Shown piece by piece: positions 26,005 through 35,323 of a DNA stretch of 44,878 nucleotides. Location of the stretch: assembly GCA_041686025.1 (NCBI GenBank), contig JAWLEP010000023.1, positions 1 to 44,878 of the forward strand. The letters are read 5' to 3'. The notes below the pieces were generated by a model. It worked only from the letters and a program-made list of their open reading frames with translations. It made no database searches and was not told where the DNA came from. Every line of letters begins with the position of its first letter. The stretch's first letter is position 1. Origin of the DNA: Candidatus Fermentibacteraceae bacterium. GTDB lineage: Bacteria > Fermentibacterota > Fermentibacteria > Fermentibacterales > JCC-6. The position numbers and the translations under genes are program-made.

Positions 26005-26031
26005 TAGCAGGCATATTCCGAAGGAGGCATC

Positions 26032-27297
26032 ATGGACAGCAGCAGGTACAGCGATTTCCTCGATCTCAGGCCCCTGAACGTGCGCCTGGCCATGCCGGGA
26101 AGCAGGTGCGGCCTGGTCAGCGGAAGGGACATCGCCAGGACGGCCAGGGAGAACGAGGCCATCGTGCTGGCGGCCAACATCCGAAACCCCCTCAGCGCCC
26201 AGGGGATCTTCCGGGCCGCGAAGAAGGCGGACTCCTTCGTCCTGCTGGAGCTGGCCAAGTCCGAGAACGGATACACCGGCGTGCATTTTCACAACCTGCC
26301 CCAGTACGCCATGATGTACTCCAGCATGGTGGGCGACGGCTTCGTCTACGCTCTGCACATGGACCACTACGCGGTGAAGTGCGAGGAGGACCGCGACGAG
26401 GCGGTGTCCACCGTGCCCTGGGCCATCGGGCAGGGCTGGACCTCCGTGGCCATAGACGCCTCCCACAACCCGGACTATCCCAACCTCGTATACACCCGCG
26501 ACATAGGCATGCACATCCCGAACTACATCGGTCTGGAGGCCGAGGTGGGGGAGATCAAGGGCCCCGGCGAGCTCACCACGGTGGAGGAGGCCGACTACTT
26601 CGTGGGAGGCCTGAACAGCTGGGGCGTGTTCCCCGACTACCTGGCCATCTCCAACGGCTCCAAGCACGGCACCTATGACACCAGCAAGGGCGAGGCCGAG
26701 GGGATCGACCTCGAGAGGACGGCCGAGGTGGCGGAGACCATCGGCCGCTACGGCGCCGTCATCGCCCAGCACGGGATAAGCGGCACCCCACTGGACAAGG
26801 TGGGCCGCTTCCGGAAGTACGGCATAAACAAGGGCAACGTGGGCACCCTGTGGCAGAACCTGGTGTTCGGCCTGGAGGTGGACGAGGAGAGCGGCAACGC
26901 CATAATCGAGGACGGCTCCTACGTGAAGCGCCCCGACAAGGGCATCCCCGAGGAGCTGTGGAGGGAGATGGTGGAGTGGGCCGACTCCCAGGGCTACTCC
27001 CGGGCGTCGGGCAACTACAAGAAGGCCAACCTGCCCTTCCACCACCGGATAATGTCCCTGCCCGACGAGTACCGGTCCAGGATCGTGGACGAGACCGAGA
27101 GATGGGCCCTCCGCTTCTTCGAGAGCTTCGGCTCCACCGGGACGTCCACAAAGGTCATAGAGAGCATTCTGGAGAGGGGCGACTGGAACTCCATGCCCGA
27201 GCAGCGGATAGTTGCAGACAGGGCCCAGTGCGTTCCCGAGCGTGCCCCCGACTACGGCAGCGACGAGGAGTCGGAGGGCGAGGACTACTCCGACTAG
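26032..27297 (+). CDS. fba: Class II fructose-bisphosphate aldolase (long form)
   Basis: LHMDH, IDAS, EAEVGEI, NGSKHG, QHGISG, KGNVGT; AAGGAGG RBS. Confidence 0.85.
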   Translation: MDSSRYSDFLDLRPLNVRLAMPGSRCGLVSGRDIARTARENEAIVLAANIRNPLSAQGIFRAAKKADSFVLLELAKSENGYTGVHFHNLPQYAMMYSSMVGDGFVYALHMDHYAVKCEEDRDEAVSTVPWAIGQGWTSVAIDASHNPDYPNLVYTRDIGMHIPNYIGLEAEVGEIKGPGELTTVEEADYFVGGLNSWGVFPDYLAISNGSKHGTYDTSKGEAEGIDLERTAEVAETIGRYGAVIAQHGISGTPLDKVGRFRKYGINKGNVGTLWQNLVFGLEVDEESGNAIIEDGSYVKRPDKGIPEELWREMVEWADSQGYSRASGNYKKANLPFHHRIMSLPDEYRSRIVDETERWALRFFESFGSTGTSTKVIESILERGDWNSMPEQRIVADRAQCVPERAPDYGSDEESEGEDYSD

Positions 27298-27325
27298 CAG
27301 TCTCTGAAGAGGTGACACCGACCAC

Positions 27326-28624
27326 ATGCCCAGAACGCTGTTGAAGGATGTCAGGATACTGGACCCGGCCACGGCCAGCGACGCGGTGGGGCACATCGTG
27401 CTGGAGGACGGCCGCATCGACTCGGTGCAGACCGGAGATGCCCCGACGGGCTGCCCGCGGGAGATAGACGGCTCCGGCCAGTGGGTCTTCCCGGGCCTGG
27501 TGGACATGCACGTCCATCTCAGGCAGCCCGGGGGCGACGAAGCCGAGACCCTGGAGTCCGGCCTGCGGGCCGCCATCGCCGGCGGGGTCACCGCGGTGGG
27601 CATGATGCCCAACACCGACCCTCCCCTGGACAGCGAGGAGGTTCTGGCGCCGCTGCTGGAGAAGGCCGAAGACCTGGGGCTGGCCCGGGTCTGCCCCATA
27701 CCCTGCGTCTCCATGGGGAGGCAGGGCCGTGAGCCGGTGGACTACGAGGCCCTGCACGCCCTGGGCGCCACCGCCTTCAGCGACGACGGCAGCCCGGTCT
27801 GGAACGGGGCCCTTCTGCGGGAGGCCCTGCGCAGGACCTCGGCCTTCGGGGGGATGGTGGTTGAGCATCCGGAGCTGCCGTCCCTCACCCAGGGAGGCAG
27901 TCTGGACGAGGGTCCCGTCGCGGAGAAGCTGGAGGTGGGCGGCATCCCCTGCCAGGCGGAGACCGGCGACGTGGCCCGCTGCCTGGAGGTGGCCAGGGGT
28001 ACGGGAGGCAGGCTCCATCTCACCCACCTGTCATGCACCCGCAGCGTGGCCCTGGTGGACTCCTCCCGCTCGGAGGAGGCCGGCTTCAGGGCCACCTGCG
28101 ACGTCACCCCGCACCATCTTGCACTGAACAGCGAGGAGCCCCTGGCCGCCGGCCCCATGGCCAAGATGAACCCTCCCCTGAGGTCGGAGGAGATGCGCCA
28201 GGGGCTGGTGAGGCACGTGGCCAGGGGGAGGGTGGACTGCCTGGCCAGCGACCACGCCCCCCACGCATCCGCCCGGAAGAGCCTGCCCATGGCCCGGGCC
28301 GCCTTCGGCATAACGGGCCTGGAGACGCTGCTTCCCGTGTCCCTCGCCGTGCTGGGGGGCGAGGGCATGATGACGCCCCTGGCGGTGATATCCCTTCTCT
28401 GCACCGCTCCCGCCCGTCTGCTGGGGCTGGAGCCTCCCCGCCTGGAATCCGGGGCCCCGGCCAACCTGGTCCTCTTCGACCCCGACCGCGAGTACACCCT
28501 CTCCGATGTGGGCACCTTCTCCAAGTCCATGAACACCCCCTTCATGGGCAGGGTCCTCCACGGACGCGTGCGGGCGGTCTGGCGGGAGAGGCTGCTCTAC
28601 ATGGACGGCAGCTTTGTCGAGTAG
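27326..28624 (+). CDS. pyrC: Dihydroorotase (type I)
   Basis: DMHVHLR, MPNT, SDDG, EH, HLS, TPHHL, KMNPPLR, SDHAPH, FGITGLET, NTPF. Confidence 0.93.
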   Translation: MPRTLLKDVRILDPATASDAVGHIVLEDGRIDSVQTGDAPTGCPREIDGSGQWVFPGLVDMHVHLRQPGGDEAETLESGLRAAIAGGVTAVGMMPNTDPPLDSEEVLAPLLEKAEDLGLARVCPIPCVSMGRQGREPVDYEALHALGATAFSDDGSPVWNGALLREALRRTSAFGGMVVEHPELPSLTQGGSLDEGPVAEKLEVGGIPCQAETGDVARCLEVARGTGGRLHLTHLSCTRSVALVDSSRSEEAGFRATCDVTPHHLALNSEEPLAAGPMAKMNPPLRSEEMRQGLVRHVARGRVDCLASDHAPHASARKSLPMARAAFGITGLETLLPVSLAVLGGEGMMTPLAVISLLCTAPARLLGLEPPRLESGAPANLVLFDPDREYTLSDVGTFSKSMNTPFMGRVLHGRVRAVWRERLLYMDGSFVE

Positions 28625-30335
28625 GCCGGCCGCTGCGGTGCGCGCTCTGATGCTGGCCGCCGCGCTGGCGGGGCTTTCCTGCGCCTACTACAACACCTTC
28701 TACAACGCCAGGGAGAGCTACGAGGAGGCCCTGGAGCTGGCGGCGGAGAACCCCGAAGACCCCATGGCTTCGGAGGAGGACCTCCTGCAGGCGGCGATAG
28801 AGGGTGCCGGAAAGGTGCTGCGCGACTACAGCGACAGCCGGTGGGTGGACGACGCCCAGCTCCTCATGGGCGACGCAATGCTTCAGCTGGGACGCAGAAC
28901 GCTCACCGGCAGCGGCACCTCCAGGTTCCAGGAGGCGATGCGGGCCTACTCCTCGGTAATGGTGATGACCGAGGACAGGGAGAAGGTGGACCGCGCCGGC
29001 CTGGGAATGGGAATGGCCGCCATGGAGCTGGGCCGCTACGGGGACGCGGTGGCCTCCCTGGAGGAGGTCTCCCCGGAGGACGAGAAGATGTTCTTCCGGT
29101 CACGCCTGCTGCTGGCGGAGGCCCTGGTCACCGACGGAAGGTCGGAACGGGCGCTGTCCGTGCTGGACACGCTGCAGAGCCCGGACGACGACAGCCTTCG
29201 GGCAGAGCTGGTTCTGGCCAGGGGGAATGCCCTGTTGGGAGTGGGCCGGGCGGACAGTGCCGCCTCGGTCTGCCAGGAGGCCGCCGAGGTGTTCGGCAGG
29301 GGCGACGGGTACTTCCGGGCCATGCTCAAGGCTTCCGAGGCTTACATAGAGGCCGGAGAGCCCTCCCGGGCGGCCACGGTTCTGGAGCGGCTCCTGGCCG
29401 GGTACCGCTCCGACCTGGAGCTGGCCCAGATATCGCTTCTCCGGGGCAAGGCCAGGGAGATGGTGGGGGACACCAGCGCGGCGCTGGGCGCCTACCTCAA
29501 CGCTGCCGAGAAGGACTCCTACCGGCAGTTCGGGGCGGAGGGCCTCTACCGGAGAGCCATGCTTCTCGAGCGGCAGGACAGGAGGCTGGACGCCATGGAC
29601 GAGCTGGAGGAGCTTGCCGGCCGCAGGGGCGACTACCTCTGGATCAGGCTGGCGGAGAACAGGAAGTACGACCTGGAGCTGCTGCAGTCCTACCACGAGC
29701 GGGTGGAGGCGGAGAGCGGCCTGGAGCGCAACAGGTACAGGCTGATGATCGCGGAGAAGCGCCGGGAGCTCTACGGCCGGGGCGACTCCCTGGCCCTGCG
29801 GGAGCTGAGCCAGCTGGCAGACAGCGACCACCGGAGGATACGGTCCTACGCCAGGGCCGCCCTGGCCTCGGTTCTTCCCGCAGATTCCTCCCGGGCGCTG
29901 CTGCTCTCGGTAAGGGAGGAGGCCGACAGCAGCGACCTGGCCACCGTGATCGAGGACTCCCTGGGCCTCGCCCCGGGCCCGTCGGCCCTGGACAGGCCCT
30001 CCGCCGTCCTGGAAAGGGCCTGGGAGGAGATCGACCGCGGCGACTACCAGTCGGCCTGGGAGCGTCTGGACGCCCTGGTCGATTCCCCCTGGAGCTACGA
30101 TGCCAGGCCGGAGATACTGTGGGCCGCCTATGTGGCCGCCGAGGGCTCGCGGCAGGACGACGCCGTGGTGGAGGGCTACCTTCGGGAGCTTGCCGGGGAC
30201 TACCCCCTGACCGTGGAGGGAATCGAGGCCGAGCAGAGGCTCTACGGCCTGGAGGTGGAGGAGGGCGACGACGGAGACGGCGATGGTGACGGTGACGGTG
30301 ATGGAGACGGCGACGGAGACGGAGACGGGGAGTAG
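28614..30335 (+). CDS. TPR-repeat lipoprotein (SprE/PorW- or BamD-like) with Gly-Asp tail
   Basis: Lipobox LSC followed by AYYNTFYNA; SRWVDDA; multiple TPR-like helices; C-terminal (GD)9. Confidence 0.78.
   Translation: MSSRPAAAVRALMLAAALAGLSCAYYNTFYNARESYEEALELAAENPEDPMASEEDLLQAAIEGAGKVLRDYSDSRWVDDAQLLMGDAMLQLGRRTLTGSGTSRFQEAMRAYSSVMVMTEDREKVDRAGLGMGMAAMELGRYGDAVASLEEVSPEDEKMFFRSRLLLAEALVTDGRSERALSVLDTLQSPDDDSLRAELVLARGNALLGVGRADSAASVCQEAAEVFGRGDGYFRAMLKASEAYIEAGEPSRAATVLERLLAGYRSDLELAQISLLRGKAREMVGDTSAALGAYLNAAEKDSYRQFGAEGLYRRAMLLERQDRRLDAMDELEELAGRRGDYLWIRLAENRKYDLELLQSYHERVEAESGLERNRYRLMIAEKRRELYGRGDSLALRELSQLADSDHRRIRSYARAALASVLPADSSRALLLSVREEADSSDLATVIEDSLGLAPGPSALDRPSAVLERAWEEIDRGDYQSAWERLDALVDSPWSYDARPEILWAAYVAAEGSRQDDAVVEGYLRELAGDYPLTVEGIEAEQRLYGLEVEEGDDGDGDGDGDGDGDGDGDGDGE
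30264..30332 (+). repeat. In-frame hexamer repeat encoding GDD(GD)9GE
   Basis: GGN-GAY units with mixed synonymous codons. Confidence 0.85.
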
Positions 30336-30337
30336 GG

Positions 30338-31117
30338 TTGGCTGAGCCGGTGCCGGTGGATGCAGCCGCCGAGCTGGTGGAGGCGGAGGCCCCGCTCCCC
30401 TGTGTGATCCGTCAGACCTACCGCCTTCCCTCCCTGGCCCGGACGGCGGTCCCCGGGCAGTTCGTGCAGATCGAGGTGCAGGAGCAGGGGCCCTTCCCCA
30501 TGACCCGCCGTCCCCTTACCGTAAGCGACGTCGACCCTTCCGCGGGGACCTTCACCGTGGTCTTCGAGGAGGTGGGAGGCGGCACCCGGGCCCTGGGACG
30601 CTGCGGGCGGGGCGAGTCGCGCCGGGTACTGGGACCGCTGGGCCGGGGCTACCAGACGCTTCCGGGGGACTGGCTCCTCATCGGCGGGGGCATGGGGGCC
30701 GCCGGCTTCCCGCTGCTTTCCCGGAGGGTGGATGTCCGCAGGACGCTGCTGGGGGCCAGGGACGCCGACCACCTGCTGGAGGCCGGCTGCCCGAACGTCA
30801 GCTGCGCCACGGAGGACGGGAGCCGGGGCTCCTGCGGCCTGGTCACGGCGCTCTGCGAAGGGGTGGACTGGGAGGAGTACGACCACGTGGCGCTGTGCGG
30901 GCCGCTGGCCATGATGGAGGCGGTGGCCCGGCTGATTCCCCCGGGCAGGCTGGACCGGGTGCAGGTGAGCACCGAGAGCCGCATGGCCTGCGGCTGGGGA
31001 GTGTGCGAGGGCTGCGCCATCCCCGCCGTTGACGGCTACCTGAAGTGCTGCACCGACGGGCCGGTGATCGCCGCGGACCGCATCGACTGGAACGCCTGGA
31101 GGGAGACGCTGCCTTGA
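30338..31117 (+). CDS. pyrK: Dihydroorotate dehydrogenase electron transfer subunit
   Basis: PGQF, RRPLT, GPLGRG, GGGMG, TEDGS, CGP, MACGWGVCEGC...CTDGP. Confidence 0.92.
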   Translation: MAEPVPVDAAAELVEAEAPLPCVIRQTYRLPSLARTAVPGQFVQIEVQEQGPFPMTRRPLTVSDVDPSAGTFTVVFEEVGGGTRALGRCGRGESRRVLGPLGRGYQTLPGDWLLIGGGMGAAGFPLLSRRVDVRRTLLGARDADHLLEAGCPNVSCATEDGSRGSCGLVTALCEGVDWEEYDHVALCGPLAMMEAVARLIPPGRLDRVQVSTESRMACGWGVCEGCAIPAVDGYLKCCTDGPVIAADRIDWNAWRETLP

Positions 31118-31986
31118 GAAGGGTCGACTCCCTGCGCTGCAGCCTCTGGGGCCGGACCTTCGGCTCCCCCGTCATGCTGGCCTCGGGCACCGCCGGCTTC
31201 GGCCTGGAGCTGCACCGGATGGGATGCCTGGAGGGGGTGGCCGCCGTGGTCTCCAAGGGCACTACCCTCCGGCCCCGGGCCGGCAACCCGCCTCCCAGGG
31301 TCTGGGAGACCCGGATGGGCCTGCTGAACTCCATCGGCCTGGCCAACCCCGGGGTCCACCACATCGTCCGCGAGGTGCTGCCGGAGGCCGACAGCCTGCC
31401 CTGCCCGGTGATAGTGAACGTCTCCGGGGATACCGAGGAGGAGTTCGCCGAGGTGGTGTCGCTGCTGGAGGGGTCGCCGGTGCCCTTCGGCTACGAGGTC
31501 AACGTCTCCTGTCCCAACGTGGCCAGGGGAGGGATGTCCTTCGGGGCCGACCCCCTGGTGGTGGAGCGGGTGTCCGCCCTGGTCCGCAGCGCCTCCTCCC
31601 GCCCCTTCTCTGTCAAGCTCACCCCCAACGCCGGTGACATGGCGGAGACCGCCATGGCCGCCTGCGCCGGGGGTGCCGATGCCATTACGGTATGCAACAC
31701 GTTCCTGGGCATGAAGGTGGACTGGCGCACCGGCAGGCCCGCCATGCGCCGCGGGGTGGCCGGGTACACCTCCCCCGCGCTGCTGCCCCTGGTGGTGGCC
31801 AGCGTACACGCCGTGTCCGAGGCGGTGGGGGTCCCGGTGCTGGCCTCGGGGGGCGTCTCCCGGGCGGAGGACCTGCTGGAGCTGATGGCCGCCGGCGCGG
31901 AGATGGTGCAGGTGGGATCACTGGTACTCCGCAGGCCCTGCGCCGCGGGGGAGCTGCTGCGCGACGCCGGGGAGCTGCTGCGGTGA
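31114..31986 (+). CDS. pyrD: Dihydroorotate dehydrogenase B catalytic subunit
   Basis: ASGT, GNPPPR, NSIGLANPG, NVSCPN, KLTPN, NT, SGG. Start TTG 31114 (TTGA overlap). Confidence 0.93.
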   Translation: MRRVDSLRCSLWGRTFGSPVMLASGTAGFGLELHRMGCLEGVAAVVSKGTTLRPRAGNPPPRVWETRMGLLNSIGLANPGVHHIVREVLPEADSLPCPVIVNVSGDTEEEFAEVVSLLEGSPVPFGYEVNVSCPNVARGGMSFGADPLVVERVSALVRSASSRPFSVKLTPNAGDMAETAMAACAGGADAITVCNTFLGMKVDWRTGRPAMRRGVAGYTSPALLPLVVASVHAVSEAVGVPVLASGGVSRAEDLLELMAAGAEMVQVGSLVLRRPCAAGELLRDAGELLR

Positions 31987-32399
31987 GAGGCCTTCCGGCC
32001 CTCCTGGCCGCGGCCCTTTTCCTCCTCGGCGTCTCCTGCCTCCGGCCCCGGCCCGTCTACAGGGGGGGCGGCACCGGACCGGTGGCGGCGATTCCGGGCT
32101 ACACCCAGAGGGGGGTTGCCTCCTACTACGGGGAGGGCTTCCAGGGCCGCCTGACGGCCAATGGGGAGACCTTCGACACCCGCCGGCTCACCTGTGCCCA
32201 CCGGACGCTGCCCTTCGACACCATGGTACGGGTGAGGAACATGGCCAACGACAAGGAGGTGACGGTCAGGGTCAACGACCGGGGCCCCTACGTGGGCGGC
32301 AGGATCATCGACCTGACCGAGGCAGCCGCGGAGAGAATCGACATGAAGAAGTCCGGCGTGGCCAGGGTGGAGCTCACGGTGGTGTCCTCCCCGGACTGA
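31983..32399 (+). CDS. rlpA: RlpA family lytic transglycosylase lipoprotein (DPBB only, no SPOR domain)
   Basis: Lipobox VSC; GVASYYG, TANGE, AHRTLPF, VNDRGP, RIIDL. Start GTG 31983 (GTGA overlap). Confidence 0.9.
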   Translation: MRGLPALLAAALFLLGVSCLRPRPVYRGGGTGPVAAIPGYTQRGVASYYGEGFQGRLTANGETFDTRRLTCAHRTLPFDTMVRVRNMANDKEVTVRVNDRGPYVGGRIIDLTEAAAERIDMKKSGVARVELTVVSSPD

Positions 32400-32432
32400 G
32401 CCGGACAGCGGACAAAGCCGAATGGAGGACCG

Positions 32433-33131
32433 ATGCCGACACGTCTGTACGTGGCCCTGACCACCGAGCTGGGAGACGGCCTTCTCCCCCTGGCCGAGGA
32501 GCTGGCGGGAATCGAGGGGGCCGGAGTGAAGGTGGGCCTGGAGCTCTACCTCAGCCGGGGGACGGAGATGGTCCGCCGCCTGGCATCCCTGGGCCTGCCG
32601 GTGTTTCTCGACCTCAAGTTCTGCGACATCCCCCATACGGTGGCGGGAGCCGTCCGGGCGGTGGCCGGCATGGAGCCGGCGGTGGTGAACGTCCACGCCA
32701 CCGGCGGCCGGGAGATGATGCGGGCGGCTGCGGAAGCGGCTGACGGTCGTTTCAGCGTCATCGCCGTCACTGTGCTCACCAGCCTGGGCCGCGGCGATCT
32801 GAGCGCCATGTCGATAGGGCTCCCCGCCGAGGACCTGGTGGTCCGTCTGGCCGAGTCCGCATCCGCGGCGGGGCTGGACGGCGTGGTCTGCTCGCCCCGG
32901 GAGGCGGCCGCGGTCCGCCGGGCCTGCGGAGACGACTTCCTGGTGATAACCCCTGGAGTGCGGCCGGCCGGACACCGCCGCGACGACCAGAAGCGGGTGG
33001 CTACCCCCGCCGAGGCCATGGCCGCCGGGGCGTCCGCCCTGGTTGTGGGCAGGCCGGTGACCAGGGCCGACTCCCCTGCGGACGCGGCCCGGGCGATACT
33101 GCAAGAGGCTGCCGGGGCCTTGCCCCGCTAG
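32433..33131 (+). CDS. pyrF: Orotidine-5'-phosphate decarboxylase
   Basis: KVG, FLDLKFCDIPHT, VTVLTS, TPGVRP, DDQKR, VVGRP. Confidence 0.95.
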   Translation: MPTRLYVALTTELGDGLLPLAEELAGIEGAGVKVGLELYLSRGTEMVRRLASLGLPVFLDLKFCDIPHTVAGAVRAVAGMEPAVVNVHATGGREMMRAAAEAADGRFSVIAVTVLTSLGRGDLSAMSIGLPAEDLVVRLAESASAAGLDGVVCSPREAAAVRRACGDDFLVITPGVRPAGHRRDDQKRVATPAEAMAAGASALVVGRPVTRADSPADAARAILQEAAGALPR

Positions 33132-33152
33132 CCCGAGCTTCGAGAGGGCCTG

Positions 33153-35210
33153 TTGAGCCGCCTCCCCAGAGAAGCGACGCTGAGGGCCGTGCTGGTTGCA
33201 GCCGTTACGGCGGCAGTCCTGCTGGCCCTGCTGATGGCGGGTGAGCTGCTGGCGCGCCACGGGGTCATGCAACGGCTGCGGAGGCACGACCCGCGGGCCC
33301 GGGCCGAGGCAATCGGGCTGGGCCCCGGCTGCGTGATACTGGAGGGGGTTGCCCTCCCCGGCAGGGGGGTGGAGCTGGAGGAGGTGGTGGTCCTCCTGGA
33401 GGGGTCGCCTCTGTCTCCGCGGCCCTCCATGGTATCCGTCCGCGGCGGCACCGCCGACCTGCGCAGCCTGGCCGAAGGCGGGAGCGGGGACGGAGGGAGC
33501 TCCTCATCCCTCCCCGACGTGGCCTTCAGCGGCATACTCCTGCAAGACGGCGCCGACTCATCGGTCTGCGAGGGCGCGGTCTGGGGCGGCGGAAGCCGGA
33601 TGCTGGCCGCCATGGAGGGAAGCTGGGGAAGGGCCCTCATCGGGTTGCGAAGGGGCACCCACGCCGACAGCCTCAGCCTGCTCACCATCGGCCTTTCCAG
33701 TGTCCCGCACTTCGGCGGCGGGCTGCCTGTGCGCCTGCAGGGCAGGAGGTACGACGCCCGGCTCTCGGGTACGACGGGGGAGTCCGGGATCAGCCTCTCC
33801 GGCCGGGTCACCGCCATCGACGGCGAGCCGGTGGACATGCCCGTGTCGCTGAGTGACAGCGGCCGGGGGATATCCGCAACCCTTACCCTCAGGCTGGACA
33901 GCTTCGGTTCCTGGATGGAGGAGCGGACCGCAATAGCCGGCCTGGAATACGCCAGCCTTCGCCCTGCCGGCATCGCCACGGTACGGGTCAGGGAGGGCTG
34001 CCCCGTGGCCTTTGCCTGCTCGATGGGGGTGGATCCCCTTCGCCTCTACGACCCCGAGCTCTGCTCCGACACGCTGGACATGACCGCCCACTTGATGTGC
34101 CGGGGAACCTGGTCGCCGGAGACCGGCCTGCTGGCCGTGAGGGCCGGCAGCCTGGCGGTGGGGGAGGCCGGCCTTCTCTTCGATCTGGACTACAGGCCCC
34201 GGCCCGGCCCCAGGCTGCGGCTGCGGGCGTGGTCGGACTCCCTGGGGGGGCGGGAGCTGGCGGCTTCCGTGCCCGACCCGCTCCTGGGCAGGCTCCGGGG
34301 CCTGAGCCTGGGAGGCTCGGCGGCCTTCAGCGTGGAGTGCGTCCTGGACTGGGACACTCCGGACAGCTGCGATTTCCGGGCCGACGTGGACGTCTCCCGC
34401 CTCAGGGTGGAGTACAGCCCCGTCCGCTTCGGCCGGCTGAGGGACACCGGCGCGGTCTGCGCAATGGAGGACAGCTGGGGCAACGCGCGGACCATCGCCC
34501 TGGACACCGCCGCCAACCCGGGCTTCCTGACCCTGGAGGAGCTTCCCCCGGCCTGGGAACCCCTGCTGCTGTGCGCCGAGGACGCCACCTTCCGCTCCCA
34601 CCGGGGGTTCTGCCAGTACCACATACGCAACTCCATAATCGCGGATGTGGAGTCGGGGTCATTCAGGCGGGGAGGCTCCACCATCACCATGCAGCTGGCC
34701 AAGAACCTCTTCCTGGAGCGGGAGAAGGTGCTGTCGCGGAAGCTGCAGGAGATCTTCCTGGCCTGGCGGATGGAGCGCTACCTGAGCAAGGACAGGATGC
34801 TGGAGCTGTACGCCAACATCGTGGAGATGGGGCCGGACGTGTTCGGAGTGGGTGAGGCCGCCCTCTACTACTTCGACACCCCCGCCGGGAGCCTCTCGGT
34901 CCTTCAGACCGCCTTTCTGGTCTCCATACTGCCCGGCCCCAGGCTCTACCACCGCTTCTTCGCGGGCGGGGAGGTTCCAGGGTACTGGCGCGCCTACCTG
35001 GAGAGGCTGGCGGCCATAGCCCAGCGAAAGGGCTGGCTGCGGCAGGGAACTCTGGATGAGGTGGAAGGGGACACGCTGGTATTCAGAGCCGCCCGGTGGG
35101 AAGGTCCGCCGGGACGCGGCAGGAGGGAGTCCGCCGGCACGAGGAACATGTATGAGACCAGGCTTGAACGCAGTCTGTATGGGGCCTCGGAGAACGTTGA
35201 CAGCCCCTGA
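33153..35210 (+). CDS. Monofunctional peptidoglycan glycosyltransferase (GT51) with long N-terminal extension
   Basis: N-terminal TM, about 430 aa beta-rich region, then AEDATFRSHRG, GGSTITMQLAKNL, RKLQE, KDRMLELYAN. No transpeptidase motifs. Confidence 0.85.
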   Translation: MSRLPREATLRAVLVAAVTAAVLLALLMAGELLARHGVMQRLRRHDPRARAEAIGLGPGCVILEGVALPGRGVELEEVVVLLEGSPLSPRPSMVSVRGGTADLRSLAEGGSGDGGSSSSLPDVAFSGILLQDGADSSVCEGAVWGGGSRMLAAMEGSWGRALIGLRRGTHADSLSLLTIGLSSVPHFGGGLPVRLQGRRYDARLSGTTGESGISLSGRVTAIDGEPVDMPVSLSDSGRGISATLTLRLDSFGSWMEERTAIAGLEYASLRPAGIATVRVREGCPVAFACSMGVDPLRLYDPELCSDTLDMTAHLMCRGTWSPETGLLAVRAGSLAVGEAGLLFDLDYRPRPGPRLRLRAWSDSLGGRELAASVPDPLLGRLRGLSLGGSAAFSVECVLDWDTPDSCDFRADVDVSRLRVEYSPVRFGRLRDTGAVCAMEDSWGNARTIALDTAANPGFLTLEELPPAWEPLLLCAEDATFRSHRGFCQYHIRNSIIADVESGSFRRGGSTITMQLAKNLFLEREKVLSRKLQEIFLAWRMERYLSKDRMLELYANIVEMGPDVFGVGEAALYYFDTPAGSLSVLQTAFLVSILPGPRLYHRFFAGGEVPGYWRAYLERLAAIAQRKGWLRQGTLDEVEGDTLVFRAARWEGPPGRGRRESAGTRNMYETRLERSLYGASENVDSP

Positions 35211-35323
35211 CGGGTAGAGTATACGCATTTCCTGGGGGCCGCGTCCGCCGGCTGGCGGCTGCGGCCGCCCTGTACGGGTCAGATACCGGGCCAGCCGGGC
35301 CACGGGGACAGCAGGGGGGACAT

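Noticed and set aside
25948..26031. c-di-AMP (ydaO) riboswitch upstream of ktrB
   Set aside because: The intergenic region is only 84 nt, shared with the divergent fba, and shows none of the ydaO consensus.
27298..27325. PyrR attenuator before pyrC
   Set aside because: The gap is 28 nt, with no PyrR-binding loop or terminator.
30264..30332. Phase-variable simple sequence repeat
   Set aside because: The unit is 6 nt, in frame, at the extreme C-terminus and degenerate in sequence, so it cannot switch the gene on or off.
35211..35323. SRP RNA or another known ncRNA in the GT51-GYF gap
   Set aside because: There is a GC hairpin and a GGGTCAG, but the SRP core (CAGG..GGAA..AGCAG in a symmetric stem) is not present.
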